From positions 3,731,757 to 3,795,756 of the forward strand of contig MU054187.1 of assembly GCA_013239625.1 (NCBI GenBank): a stretch of DNA of 64,000 nt, given 5' to 3'. The stretch comes from Lama guanicoe. Taxonomy: Eukaryota. Shown in pieces: positions 1-13,560 of this stretch. A program made the translations under genes and the position numbers. Positions within the stretch are counted from its first letter, which is position 1. Every line of letters starts with the position of its first letter. Below the pieces are notes generated by a model. The model saw nothing but the letters and a program-made list of their open reading frames with translations, ran no database searches and was not told where the DNA came from.

Positions 1-99
1 TACCTTTTTGCCTTCACTTCGGAAGAAAAACAATTCTCCCCGGACAGTCGTGCCTCAGTGTTTTACTGAGAATATTTTTTAGAAAGCCATATTTTTATT

Positions 100-1480
100 G
101 TTGAATAATAGTCCATTTTATGGACATGTATATTTATATTTTAACCATTCATCAATTGATGAACGTTTGAGTTTCTGTTTTGCTATGATGAATACGCTGC
201 TCTAAACATTCATGTAAAATCTTACATTTGGCTTTGATTTTTTTATCATTTCCTTTTTAAACTTTGTTTAAAAAAGATATCTGTTGTGTTTATTGTGTTC
301 CTTCTAGGTTAGTCTTCACTTCTGAAATAAACTCTCCTTTTATTTCTAATTATTTCCCCGGCTGTGTGACCTTCTGAGTTTTTCTAGTTCTGAGTTATTT
401 TGTCTCTTCTTGTATTCTACTGCTTTCTTTGTGTGTTTGGCTCATTTTAAAATAGAAAGTTACCGTTTTGAGCTGCTCTGTGGGCATCCCTTTTGGCATG
501 TTCTCCTTTCTTGTTTTAAAGGGTGTTCTTTTTCTCCCATTTCTTTTTTTTTTTCTTGAAGTAACTTTGCATGCGATATGAACTTGACAGTTTGCTGTTG
601 TTGTGTTTTAAATTAGAAATTAGTTTTCTTAAATTAGAAGGCGGTGCTGTTCAGGGTAGCTTTTCTCATTCAGGACTCTTTCTTCTTGACACCCCCCCCC
701 CTTTTTTACCTTCTGTGTCCTTTTTTTTTCTCATCTTGTGCAATTTTGATTCCACTCCCGGAAATTTCTCCCAATAGTTGTGCCTGTCCTGGAAGGAAGC
801 CCTGGTACGCCAGCTGGTAGGATTGTTAGGGCGGTGATGGGGTCATTGTACTCACCTCTTCCTGCCTCGGCTCTCAGGATGGCCCCATGCCCTTCAGCAA
901 GCTCCCTGCCGGATCTCTGGGGCTCTCCTGCCCCGAGACCTGTCAGTTTCCTCCTGCTTCCTGGGCACTATGCAGGTCTTGATGGCTTGTCCTCACTTGT
1001 CACCTAATTTTGTTGAAAATGGTGTCTATGGGTTTTACTTTTGCTATTGAGGCTCTATTTTTTCCCCCCCGTAAGCATTTGGATAAATGGAAAAGCTGTG
1101 TCACAGCCTCTTCCCACAGTCCCCTGGTGCTGCTTTTCTATGATACCTTTTTTCTCTTTCCTATGACTTATCTCTTTTAGAATTACAGGATATGTTGTAT
1201 CATTTCATAGTTTTCCCTTCAATTAGTTTGAAAGTTATATCCTATATTTCTTTTTTTAAAAAAACCCAACCAATGCAAACATACAGATTTAGCTCTTTGA
1301 AATCTAAAATGAACATCTCTCAAGTGTTACAGGGACCTCAGAACACTTCAAATCTGATCATCTCCCTCTTGACTTCTCTGCTTTGGTTTTGGATGTGTTA
1401 ATTCTATCTTTTTTCAACCGTTTAAAGCAATATATTTATCATTTTACAAAGCTAAATTTAGATTTATTTACAATTTACTA

Positions 1481-1517
<37 letters not shown>

Positions 1518-2310
1518 GATCTCTGGGATCATTTAACACCACATCTGTGGGATTAAAAACTTTAGAGCTTATCTTAGTGAGGGTTTGCTGGTGGCTACTT
1601 ACCCATTTTTATTTGTCTGAAATTGTTTTATTTCATTCTTATTTCTAAAAGATACATCGTTAAAAAGGTATTTTCAATAAAACGATATTTTAGCCCACTC
1701 ATTTCTAAAATATATTTCTGAAAGAACTTGTGTTTTGTGCAAAGATATTTTTGTGCAGTTTTATGTTGACAGGTTAACTTTTCTCATATTGGAGATATTA
1801 TTTCACTCTTTCAAATTTAAGATTGCTTTTTGAGAGCTCAGCAGTAATCCTCACTCTCACTTCTTTTTAGAGGCACATCTAGGTGTGGATTCATTGTTCT
1901 TAATTTGGCTGGAGGTCGCCTGCGCCTCCTGAAGCTGAGGAGCGCTGTTGGTTCGCCCGTTCATCAGTTCTGGAACGTCTCCAGTCGTTGTCTGTTCGAA
2001 TGCTGCATTTCCCCCTTTTCCTCTCACTCCTCCAGAATTCTGATGTGACACTTGTATTAGCTGACACACTGGTTACCATTCCTCTCTTTACTATTTTGCT
2101 TTGTGCTACAATCTGGAAAATTTCCTCAATTCTGTTCTTCCATTCTCTGATTCACTAAATCTTTATTCAGCTAAATCCATTTGTTACCTTAATTTTTATT
2201 ATTCTTTAAAAAATGCCTAGAAGTTTTATTTAGTTATTTTTTGAATAAGCTTGTTTTTAAAAAATATTTAATGTCTCTTGCTCCTTGTAAGAGTATTTTC
2301 AACCCACTTC
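100..2310 (-). mobile_element. Old, degraded L1 (L1M-type) fragments
   Basis: T-rich antisense L1-like tracts, e.g. ccattcatcaattgatgaacgtttgagtt. Boundaries approximate. Confidence 0.45.
1484..1516. repeat. Poly(T)33 tract
   Basis: Direct reading. Confidence 0.9.
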
Positions 2311-2749
2311 TCTGGCTCTGTGGTGCAGATCAACGCTGGGGTGGAAGGTGCTATGGCCAAGGAGGGTCCACAGTCGTGGGGGACAGAGCCAGCCCAGGCC
2401 TGGCACGGCCTCTGAACGGGGCAAAGGCACCGTTGCTGGTGCTCATGGGGGCGGCAGATCGGACCGGCGTCTCTGCAGGGTGTTCGCTCCAGCCCCTCTT
2501 GCTCCAGCACTCTGCCCTCTGGGGTGAGTGAACGTGCCAGTGCTGGAAGTGGGGAGAGCACACACTTAGAGGGAACAGAACCAGCTCAGACGTGACCCTT
2601 AGGGCTTCTGCTCCAGCAGCTTGAGACCTTCCCCTGCCTTGATAAGTTGGTTTGGGCCACTAGCAGAGAAGCCCCTGTTCACACTTGCTTGGTCTCTAGC
2701 CTCTCCATCTCCAGCCCCACCTGCTATCAAGGTGATAGCAGCTGGACCA

Positions 2750-3110
2750 CCCTGGGGGATGACCGGTTCACCTAATTTCACAGAGACTGTTAAGCAAAAT
2801 GAAAAGATAGAGGAATTTGTTTCAAATGAAAGAAGAAGAAAAAAAACAAAACCCTGAAAGAACAACTAATGGCCCAGAGATCACTAATTTACCAGATAAA
2901 GAGTTCAAAGCATTTGAAATAAGAATGCTAAGTCAGGGAAAACAGTCGATGAGCACAGTGACAATTTTAACAAGGAATTAGAGAATACAAAAAAAGAATA
3001 TAATATAATAACTTTAAATGGAATATAGCCTATAAAATATCAGACCATTCTATTTTATACCTAAAATTAAATAACACTGTAACTCAACCATACTTTAGTT
3101 TAAGAAAAAG
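2750..3110 (+). mobile_element. L1/HAL1-like fragment: ORF1 5' region joined to an L1 3' end
   Basis: aatttaccagataaagagttcaaa resembles the ORF1 N-terminus (NLPDKEFK). It is followed directly by a tatacctaaaattaa...ctgtaactcaaccatacttt 3'-end motif and an A-rich tail. Confidence 0.55.
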
Positions 3111-5324
3111 GATACCTACCCAGACCCACCACTCCTCCCCATGTGTCTCTTTTAGGAGCAGTGTAGAGTATTGCGTATACCCCAGTTTTTTCATTTAGAA
3201 CACATCTTGAGAACTGCCTGTGTCCGTGCATACAGGTAAGTCATGCTTTTGAACAACTGTACGTTATTTGTTTGTGTGGATTTCCTGTCAGGATTATTCA
3301 TCTGTTTCTTGCCTTTACCTACAATCACAATTCTGTGATGAATGGTCTTGCACAGCAACTGCCTGAGCGTGTAAACGTGTCTACAGCCTACATCTTTTCC
3401 TGTGAGAAGATTGCTCGGTCACACGGCTGTTACACGTGTTTGTAATGATCCTCGTTGCCAGATCGTCTGTGACGGTTCTTGCTGCCATGTGTCCTCCGGT
3501 GGTGTGTTCCGGGTTGCGCTCCCTTAACAATGGCTGGGAGTGCCTTTTACCCTATACCCTTGCTGACAGAGATAAGAGAAGGTGGTTAATCTTCGCTAGT
3601 CTGACGGGCAAAAAGGATCTCATTGAAATCCTGTTCGGCGCTTTTCTTGTGATGCCAGCAGTTGGCCTCTGCCTGATTCCTACGACACTTCCAATGTGCG
3701 TTGCTACCTTGAACCCTCCTGTGGTCTCATACACAGCTCTCTCACTCAGTATTTTTTTTTCTTCTTTTCAGTGTAGCAGTTTAGGCATTTCCAAAAATTC
3801 TGTTCTCTAACTTTTTTCTCTTTCTGTGTGTTTTCTGTGCAAGGGATTCCTAGCAGCTGAGATGGGTGTATCGGGGGCAAAGGATATCTGGGTGGGGCCT
3901 CACCAGCATCTGTGAAGTCCTCATGACAATTTAAGAGATACAGGAAAGAGAAGTAGCGAAAGATCACCCTGAGCCCCATTGCCCATGGAGGCAGCACTGA
4001 AGATATTTTTGGTGCATGTTCAGGTTTCCCCTCAGTGATTTTAAATGGTTTAAAATTGCGTTTATGTACTTACGATTAAACACCAATTGGCTTTCCTGTT
4101 TTTTAAATCTCTGTATCAATTGTCAGAAGCTCTTCTCAATCATGAAAATTTTTAGAAACATAATTTTTAATATAATACAAACATAATTAACTTCTTATCA
4201 CGGTGAAAAGTGTAAGAGTAAGGAGCAATCTGATTTCATGTGCTGTTTGAAAACAAGGATCTGAATAGGGCTTATCTGGGCATCCAGGTTGACTCCTGCA
4301 CTAGTCAGGTCTAAGCAGATAGCACATGCGCCGGGCTGCTGGGCCCAGACCTGCAGGACATGCAGGGCTTGTGCAGAGAAGCTTACATTTCTAGGCGATG
4401 CATCCAGAAAGGCAGCTGAGGGCCCATATTCACAGGCGATGTGAGACCAGAACCCTGCCTTTGTCTACGTGCCACCACTCTGCTGTGGAGCCCTTTCTTA
4501 CTCTGGGCCACTGAAAACTCCCAGCCTTCCACCCTCTCTACAAATGGGTTGGTTGATTAATACCAAAAAAAAAATCCAGTTAGATTTTTAAGTAAACTTT
4601 TATATGCTTGCTCTAAAAATTTTATGGAGAAGTTAAGCTCTAAGGTCTGTGAGAATCTGTGTCAACCTTAAGAAAAAAAAATGCATCGATGACTTTTCCC
4701 CCAGACATTAAGAACCCTAGAGGCTTATCTGTTTTCTTGATCTCTTTTGCTGCCTTCTCTGGTTTTGAGCATTTTATATGATTCCATTTTATCTCCTCTG
4801 TTAGCAATATGTTGATTTTTTTTCTCTTGTTTTCCTCTTTTTAGTTTTATTGATTTCTATCCCAAGTTTTACTACTTCTTCTGCTTGCTTTAGGCTTAAA
4901 TTGCTGTTCTTGTTTCTGGTTTCCTAAGGTGGAAGCCTAGGTTGTTGACTTGAGAGCTTTGTGTTTTCCTAATTGATACATTTAATGATACAAATTTCCC
5001 TTCGTTCATTTTGGTAAGTTGTATTTTCATTTAGTTCAAAATATGTTTTAAGTTTCTCTTGAGGCTTCTTCTTTGGCTTACAAGTTACTTAGAAGTGTAT
5101 TGTTTAATTTCCAAATATTTGGGGGCTTTCCAGATATTTTTCTGTTACTGATTGTGAGTTTAATTCCATTTCTATCCATTTCTGTTGGAGTACAGACTTT
5201 GTGGGATTTCCACTTTTGTAAAATTGTTGTGGTATCTTTTGTGGACTGGTATGTGGTCTCTCTTGGTGGATGTTCTGGAAGAACTTGAGAAGAGTGTATA
5301 TTCTGCTGTTGTTGGATGGCATAT

Positions 5325-5510
5325 ATTTTTTTCAATATTAATTACAGTTTATTTGCTTAAACAAGTCTTTGTTTTAATATAAACATTTTTATTGAGTTAT
5401 AGTCATTTTACAATGTTGCCAAATTCCAGTGTAGAGCACAATTTTTCAGTTATACATGAACATGCATACATTCACTGTCACATTCTCTTTCACTGTGAGC
5501 CACCACAAGA
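5325..5510 (-). mobile_element. Young 5'-truncated L1 3' end with extra 3' sequence
   Basis: Homologous to the copies at 24310 and 63582 (actggaatttg...caacattgtaaa). Flanked by tggatggcatat / tgggtggcgtat. Confidence 0.75.
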
Positions 5511-6815
5511 TGGGTGGCGTATCTTATAAATGTCAGTTAGGTCCATTGACAGTGCTGTCCAGGTGATCTACATCCTTACAGATTTTCTACATGCTTTCTC
5601 TATGCATTGCTGTTGGAGGGATATTGAAACCTCTAATTATAATAGATTTTTCTATTTCTGCTTTCAGTTCTATCAGTTTTTGCCTTATATTTTGAGACTC
5701 TGTTGTCAGTTGCATACATATTTAAAATTATGATGTCTTCAGAGAGACCTGAGCCATTGGTCATTAAGGGATGCTTCTCCTTATCCCTGATAAACTTCCT
5801 TGTTCTGAAGTCTGCTTTGTTTGAAGTTAGTATAACTACTCCAGCTTTGTTTTTATTAGTGTTCATATGGCATATCTTTCTTCATCCATTTACTTTTAAC
5901 CTGCATCTTAATATTTAACATAAAAATCATATATGTAATACATTGTTGTGTTTGTGTTTTTAATCCACCATGACAGTCTCTGTCCTTTGATTGCTGTATT
6001 TAACCACTCACATTTAAAATGATCATCATGTAGGTGAATCAAGGATTTCTCCTTTTGCATTTGTTCTTTCTTTATTTCCCTCTTTTTCCGCTTTCTCTGG
6101 TTTTAATTGAACATTTTATATGATTCTATTTTGTCTGCTCTGTTAGCATATCAATTATACTTCTTAATTTTTTTTAAATGGTTGCTGAAGAGTTTACAGT
6201 ATTTAGTTTTAACTAATCTAAGTCCAGTCTGAAATCACACAGTTTCATGGGGCTGCAGATGCCTTATAACAGAGTATGACTAATTCCTCCCTCCCGTTCT
6301 CTGTGACACTGCTGTTCCTCATTTTGCCTATCTGTATGCTATAATCATATAACACACTGTCGCTATTGTTACTTTAACACATAATTATCTTTTAGGTCAA
6401 TTAATAAAAATAATACAAATAGAAGGTTTTATTTTACGTTCGTTTATTCCTAACATTCTTTCTTTCTTTATGTAGATCCAAAGTTCAGGCCTATAAGCAT
6501 CTCTTCTCTCTGAGGAACTTTTAACATTTCTTGCTTACAGGATTGGTTTGCTGGTGATAAGTTCCTTCAGTTTTTGTTCATGTGATAGTGTTTCTTTCTC
6601 CTTTACTTTTGAGGGATAATTTTGCTGGATATAGAAGTGTAGGTTGGTAGTTTTTTTCTCCTTCAACATTTTACATATTTCACTTTCTTATTTCTCACAT
6701 AGTTTCTGATTAAAGTGCACTGAAATTCTTATCATTATTTCTTTATATGTAAGATGTTTTTATTCTCCAGCTTCTTTAAGGATTTTTCGTTTGTCTTCAG
6801 TTCTTTTGCAGTTGA

Positions 6816-6837
6816 GTGTGTGTGTGTGTGTGTGTGT
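6816..6837. repeat. (GT)11 microsatellite
   Basis: Direct reading. Confidence 0.9.
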
Positions 6838-7214
6838 GGTATTTATCCTGCTTGTTGTTCTCTGAGCTTTCTGAATCTGTGGTTGGTGCCTGTTACTAAT
6901 TTTGGAATGTTTTCAGCCATTGTTGCTTCAACTATTTCTTCTGCTTTCTACTCTTTCTTTACCTTCTGGTATTCTAGTTATGCATATGATACCCATTTGA
7001 AATTGCCCCAAAGTTCTTGGATGGTCTGTTTTCCCCCATTTTTTTTCTCTTTGCATTTCAGTTGGGAACTTTCTATGGATCCATCTTTAATCTCATTGAT
7101 TCTTTCCTTGGCTGTGTCTATTAAAGGGATTCTTCATTTCTATTATAGTGGTTTTAATTGCTCATATTTTTTATTCTTCCTTGCAGTTTCCATCTCTCTG
7201 TTTATATTACTCTG

Positions 7215-8090
7215 ATGTGTGTTTTCTGACACTGCCAACTGAATTGGAAAGACTATCACACTCACAACACGTCTGATACCAGATGTGTGGGTTTTCTCCC
7301 ACACAGACATTTTCCAGTTCTTAGTGGATGCTGACCAGGTGTCTTACAGATTAATTCAGTTCTGACACTGTCTACCTGGAGATAGCATCTGATCCCACAG
7401 GTTAAGGGATCAGTTCCATAAGACTGCCCCCATTTCAGATGCCAGTTATAAATCCAGATTGTTACCTGTGTGTTTGAGCAACTGGCTAAATTGGAGGTTC
7501 CCATGACTCCTTCCAGTTTGGTTAATTTGCTAGAATAGTTCACAGAACTCAGAAATATTAACTTACATTTCCCAGCTTCTTATAAAGAATATTGTAAAGG
7601 ATACAGATGAATAGCCAGAAAAAGAGGTACCTAGGGTAGAGTTGGGAAGGGTTCTGAGTGCAGGAGCTTCTGTCCCCATGGAACCGGGGTGCCCATCCTC
7701 TAGGCATGTGGATGCATTCACCAGTGTGGAAGCTTTCTGAAGCCTGTCCTTTGGGTTTTTATGGAGGCTTCATTACACAAGCATGATGGATTACATCATT
7801 GGCCGATGGCGGTTGACTCACCCTCCAGCCCCTCTTCCCTCCCCAGAGGTTGGAGGGTGGGGCTGAAGGTTCCAACTCTCTAATCATGGTTGGTTCCTCT
7901 GGCAACCAGCTCCCCACCCTTAGGGGCGTTCCAAAAAGTAAGTATGGTTGAGAGATTTGTTAGATGAATCACAGGACACTCATTTCATCTTTATCATTCT
8001 TACCACTTAAGAAATTGCGAGGGTTTTAGGAGTTCTGTGCCAGAAATAGGGAATATATAATATATACAAATATAAATCACAATATCACGA
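7215..8090 (-). mobile_element. MER21-like ERV solo LTR
   Basis: Minus strand begins gtgatattgtga...ttctggcacagaacctcctaaaaccct and ends aaaacccacacatctggtatcagacgtgttgtgag, matching MER21 ends as recalled. Confidence 0.7.
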
Positions 8091-10189
8091 CTACTCCTCT
8101 GTCCATGCATGTTACCTACTTCTTCCATTGGAGCCCTTAATATATTGATAGTTATTTAAAATTCCTTGCCCAATAATTTGAACATCTGTCATACCTGAGT
8201 GTTTGTCTCTTCAGACTGTTTTTTTTTTCTAGTTTTTTGGCATGCTTTGTAATTCTCTGCCGAACGCCAAACATGATTTATGGGCTATGGGAACTGAGGT
8301 AAATGGGTTTTTGGTGTGAGGGTTGATGTAAATCTTCCTAGGAGCTGTGCTGTATTTAATGTTTGCTGTAGCTGTAAGTGCCAGAGGCTTCAGATCCACC
8401 CAGAGCCCTCGCTTCTGCCCCCCCTGCTTGTCGTTGGGTTTCTCTAAGTAGTTCTTTTCCGAGAGCTCGTGTGCTGTCGTGTCTTCAGCGGTAATCCGCT
8501 GTCACGGCACCGGTGCTCTGCTGGTACCTGCTAAGGTGTGGGGAGAAGGGTAGCAGTCTACGAACTTCTGATTAAGCCTCGCCTTCTGGTGGGCCTGTTT
8601 CCCAGAGCTGTGGTCTTCACAGATGTTTTCCAGGGGTGTAGCTTTTCCCTGCCTCCTCTTCCTTCCCTGGCTGCAATGTTCCCAGTCCACTTCCTTGAAG
8701 CATTGGCCTGAACTGACTACTTTTTCCCCTTAGGTGAGACATTAGCGCTGGAGGCACGTAGAATGACCTTCCTCCTGCTGGGATAAGGCGTTGGCTAAGT
8801 CCTTTCCCCTGGAGAGTGGCCTTGGTTTGGGGAAAGCTCTGGGCTTGTCTCACAGTGATTCCTCTTCCTCAGAGCCAGGAAGGGAGCTCTCTCAGACTTC
8901 CACTGTGAGGACCTGCTGGGATTCCTGGAGGTAGAGTCTGCTGAAGTGTGGGGGCCCTCTGAAAACTTTGACCCCCGAGAGTTTCTCACTCTCATGCTAA
9001 TTCATCCTCAGTCTCTAGCAATTTGTCAGAATTGCCATTTAAGTATTCCTAGTGCTCCATAGCTCCAGTGGTTTCTGCTCCAGGTAAGCAGATCTTGGCT
9101 GTGTCTCTCTGAACCATCTTCTCCAGATTTGGGGGTGGTGGCTTTCCTTCAGTCTTCTGATGGATCAAAGAAAAGTAACTGATTTTCAGTGTATCCAGAT
9201 CTTGTTGTTAAAGATGGGAATGATGACTTCAATGTCAGAGATGAAACCTGACATTTGGAAGATGAAACCTGAAACCTCAAGTTGGTTGTCTCTCCACTCA
9301 TCCTGTGTGCTTATGTCTAGCACCTTTTTTGAGAACATAAAGGTCCTTCCCACCCATGTTCTCAGCTTTGTGGCTTCAGTCGAAATTAGAAGACCTCAAG
9401 AAAATCTTCCATTTAACAGCCCATAACGTGTATTTGTATGCCTAGTACACAAGTACTTTGCAAAGGGAGTGAAACCTCATGGACATACAGTACATATTTT
9501 TGAAAGGAAGGAAGGAAGGAAGAGAGAGACGTTAGAGAGGAGAAAGTCAGGAGAAAATAGAGCAAATAGGAACCATGAGAAGAAAGACAATCAAGACCCA
9601 AAGTGTATTCGCAGTTCCGCCGACATGCGTGGCCACCTTGGAGAGCACTGAGCAGCACCGTGCGTAAGATCTCTGAGTAGAACATTATGTTTTCTTTTTG
9701 GGGGGGTATACCACCAAAGGCAGGCAAATTCTTTTAGATTACAAAGAATGAAAAGAGTATTTATTATGTAAAAATCTATAGCTCTAAATAATCCCACTTC
9801 CCACAGTGAAATACTAAAATACCTTTAACATACAGGTGAGAAAAGGTCAGTATAAATGTGTTATAAAGAGATTTAAGTGGTGCCAGACACGCTGCTACAA
9901 ACTAGAAGTTTAAGGTCAGAGTTTAGGTAGGGGACGTAGTAGAAACTGATGTTGACTGCATGTTGTGGTGTGTGCTCAGCTCTCCACTGGGCATTTCATA
10001 ACTGTCAGCTCATTGAATCCTGTAACAGCCAATGAGGAATCATAGTCATCTGCAGAACTAGAAAAGGATTTCAGAAAGTTCAAATCTCTTGACCTAAGTT
10101 GCATAGCTAAACTGAGTTAAGTCCTTGTCTGTAACTTGGGTAGCCTGTGGTCAAGATGACTTATGCCCATTTCCCCATTTTCAGAAATC

Positions 10190-10600
10190 TCTGCAGTTGT
10201 TAGGCGGGGTCGTGCTGCTGTAACAGCCCCCGCCGTCCCTGGTCTCACTGGCATCTGACTGATAACGTTTGAAGAGAGTGTTGTGTGGCTATTTCTAGAA
10301 GTATCATTAAAGGGTGAATTGGTGCCTTTGTCCTTTTCATCTTTGACCTTTCCTGCATCTGCTGCCTGGAAGGTTCTGTGATGGCTGCCATCTTGGTGAT
10401 AACGGTGGTGACGGCACTTCGGGGATGGCTGAGTGAGGTGCGGTCAGGCACTCGGGTCCCTGGAACGTCACAGAGCAGAACCAACATGGAGGGCGGGGTT
10501 CACTTGCCTCTGGACTTTCCCACGACAGACACATTTATAGTTCTTAACTCACTCTTATTTAGGATCATTGTTACAGATCAACCTCGCTTTTAAACTAATC
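10190..10600. mobile_element. Old MaLR (MLT1-type) LTR fragments
   Basis: Motifs gtgctgctgtaaca and gggtccctgga...cttgcctctggacttt typical of MLT1J/K. Confidence 0.4.
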
Positions 10601-12959
10601 TGGACCTCAGCACCTTGTAGAGGAGTGCCGAGCAGAAATGGAAGTATCTGGAAAAAGTTCCAAGTTCTCAGGTGGGCGGTGGCAAGTGCTCGGACTCTTC
10701 CCAGCTAGAAATCTGGTAATACTGTCGGCCAGTGGAAACATCTGTTTCAAGTTGATCCTACTCTTCTACCTTGAAATCTTTGTCACCCACTGAGTAAGAC
10801 AAGTTCAGAATTTTGCTATGACTTGGATGCTTCTGCTGCTTTAAGCAGAGTCTCCCCGACTTGAACCCAGGCTGGGGAGTACCCGTGTGCATGCAGAGTG
10901 CTAAGGGAACAAAACCCTGTTCCAGGAGGCCCTCTCTACCTGCAGTCCAGGACTTGGATAGTTGAACTGGCTGACGCTCTGTGTCTGATGGGAAGCCCTT
11001 GGAAGTGTGGGTTCCAGACAGTGGCCTTAGCAGAAGTGAGACTGTGGTCTTAAGCCTTTCTCCAGCACCTTCCATTAAGGGTTGTCTGCCAGACATGGAA
11101 ACCAGCACAGCAGCAAACATCAAATAATAGGTGTGGCTTCTCCCCTAAAGCTCTGCTACTGATGCCCCAAGGGAGTCCTCACTGAACAGAGACAGAGAGG
11201 CAGGCAGGGCAGGGCACAGCACAGACGCCAGTCTTTGGGCTTAAAGCTTTATCTAGGCAAGGTCCTTGGCAGGGGTTTAAATGCCCAGAAAATTGGATGA
11301 AATAAATCCACCAGAAGCCTGCTGAGTTGTTGAGGCAACTAACTATTGCCAAAGGACACCAAAACCAGGCTCGGAGCAGCCTGTAATTCCCCACCTCTAG
11401 TTTGAGGCTACATAGTCTGTTCAAGGAAGGACTGAGTCTGCAAAGCTTATCTCAGATGTGCCTTGGAAACAGTAAGCAACAAAGAGCCATCCAGGACCGT
11501 GGCGGCCAAGAGCAGGGTGCTTGGCACTGAGCAGGACCACGGAGAAGGAGCTTCCTTTCTCGAGAGTCCTCCTGATTCCTGCTCAGCAAAATTCCACCCA
11601 CGTGGAACATTGCTGTGTTTGCCCTGCCCCCCCATCTTATTTTTTAAGTAAAATGTATTATGTTTTTAAGAAATACGTTGTTCTTATAGAGAAGCTTGTA
11701 ACTAAGAGGAGAGGAATTCAAAACTGAAAAACACAGCACTATGAATTACACCCATCAGCAGACACCTAAGGCTGCCGGTTCCCGCGCAGTGTATTCTCAG
11801 TGTGTTCTGAAAGGGTTAGGAGGCTGTGGCCAGCGTTGCCAGGATCCCCCTGGGAACTGGGAACAGCGTGCAGGGGCGTGCAGCCCCTGCTCTGAAGGGC
11901 AGGACCGCAGCGCAGGGCTGGGGTTCGCTGCAGCGGAAGGAAGGCAAGGGGCGCCCCTAATTCTCAGTGGGGAAGGAGGTGAGGGAAGGGAAGGAAGTCA
12001 CCTCCGAACAGAGGAGGAGACCCGGGAGTGGTGCGGAAGCCTGAGAGGACTGGGCGCGTTTGGAGAGGAAGCAGCTCAGGTGGACTGGAGCTGGGACGGC
12101 TGGGAGGAGGGGCCGGGGTAAAGGACCAGCAGGAGACAGGTCCTCTGCCTGCTTTTACTTTTGGATGGAAGGTTCTTTTTTCCTCCCCTCCCCTCCCGTC
12201 TTCTTTTCCTTTTTTGTCTTTTTTTTTTTTTCTTTTCCTTTCTTGTCTTCTATTTTCTAATTGCGGCCATCCTGCTTTCCAAGCTGCCTTGTATGCTGAG
12301 TGTAATGGGAAAATTGCTCTCCTTTTACCTTCTTGGTCATCAGGCCGTGAGCAGCCGTGTCTGGGTCTGATGTGGAGTGCCGCTCTGCACCAGAAATTCT
12401 GGACTTTGCGAGACCTGCAGTGAGTGGGAAGGCTTTGGGGTGGAGCAGGCCAGTGGGCTCCATCTGATGAGAGGATGCCTAGATATTTGGGGAAGTAGGC
12501 TGGGCTGGAACTGTCAGCTGACACCAGCGTCTGTTCTTATCTTTTTCTGTGATGGTGGAACCCTGGTCTTTAGCTGGTTCGTGTGCTGCAGACTAGAGAC
12601 CACACCCCACATCCTTTGCAGGCTGGCTTGGTCACATAGCTAACAGGATATGGTGTTTGTTGGGGGTAGTGTCCACGGGTTGTCATTAGAGGATGTAGAT
12701 TCCTGGACTCTTGTGGGCAGGGATGTGGGTGTATTGGCTGAGGTTTCAGTGGTCATTGTGGACTGTTCTCATCATTGACATTTGGGCTGCAGTCCATGCA
12801 GAGCAGACGCAGCGGGAGCCTGGGTCCCTGATGGCTATGGAGCAGCCCGAACACCTACCTCCAGGCTTTTTCAACCTCAGAGAGAAGTACTTCTACTTTC
12901 TTCAAGCCTTTGCTTGTAACCCTGGGATTTTCAGTTACCCTAGCTGAACGTAGTCCTCC

Positions 12960-13560
12960 CTTGTAGGCAAGCCTCAGGGCAGAAAGGCCAGCTGGGAAAC
13001 CAATGCAGTGGCAGGGGACAGACCTAGGAGCCTGAACTAAGGTTGTAGCCCAGGGGGTGGTGATGACAGCCTTCAGTGACAGGCCAGAGGCAGAGCAGAC
13101 GGGGTCTGCTGACTGGCTGGAGGTGGGGGTGTGAGGTGAAGTGAGCGCAGAGGGAGGCGTTACACCTGGGCTTCTGGCTTAGGCGGTTTGGGTGGAGTGT
13201 GGGAGGGGGAGCCCCCGGGGGAGTCTACAGGGTGAGCAACCCAAGGACGGCCTCCTGAGGATCGCTGATGATTCAGAGGGTGAGCGGTGGAGGTGGCCAC
13301 CTGGCAGATACCCCAGGGCAGAGAGGGTCACAGCATCAGTCCCGAGACGTAAAAAAGGCCGAGGAGTGAAACCCCTGGAGATCTTTTCGTCAAAACCCCC
13401 GTGATGTGGTGAATGTGGAGGCTGGAGCCGAGGGGGCTCCAAGGACGAGTTACTCTGGGCTGAGTTTTAAAAGCTGCTGTTACTTGTGGGGAGGAGAGAG
13501 GTGCTGCGGTCGCGGGATGGAGGTTTTTGCGGTGTCTTTACAAAAGACATGGTCTTCACA
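12960..13560 (+). mobile_element. L2-like fragment
   Basis: Degenerate L2-type motifs such as ggagcctgaactaaggttgtagc and gggtctgctgactggctggaggtggggg. Confidence 0.4.

Larger units (their letters stand above)
4745..9260 (-). mobile_element. Large old L1 (5'UTR, ORF1 and ORF2 endonuclease remnants), interrupted by younger insertions
   Basis: Minus-strand frames resemble L1 ORF2 EN: KAGVVILTSNKADFRTRKFIRDKE...ILNMYA (5633-5866) and NGIKLTISNRK...NIWKLNNTLL (5078-5335). Many stops. Confidence 0.8.

Noticed and set aside
11741..12643. Cluster of long overlapping ORFs
   Set aside because: Built on GA-rich and T-rich low-complexity sequence; no coherent exon structure or homology visible.
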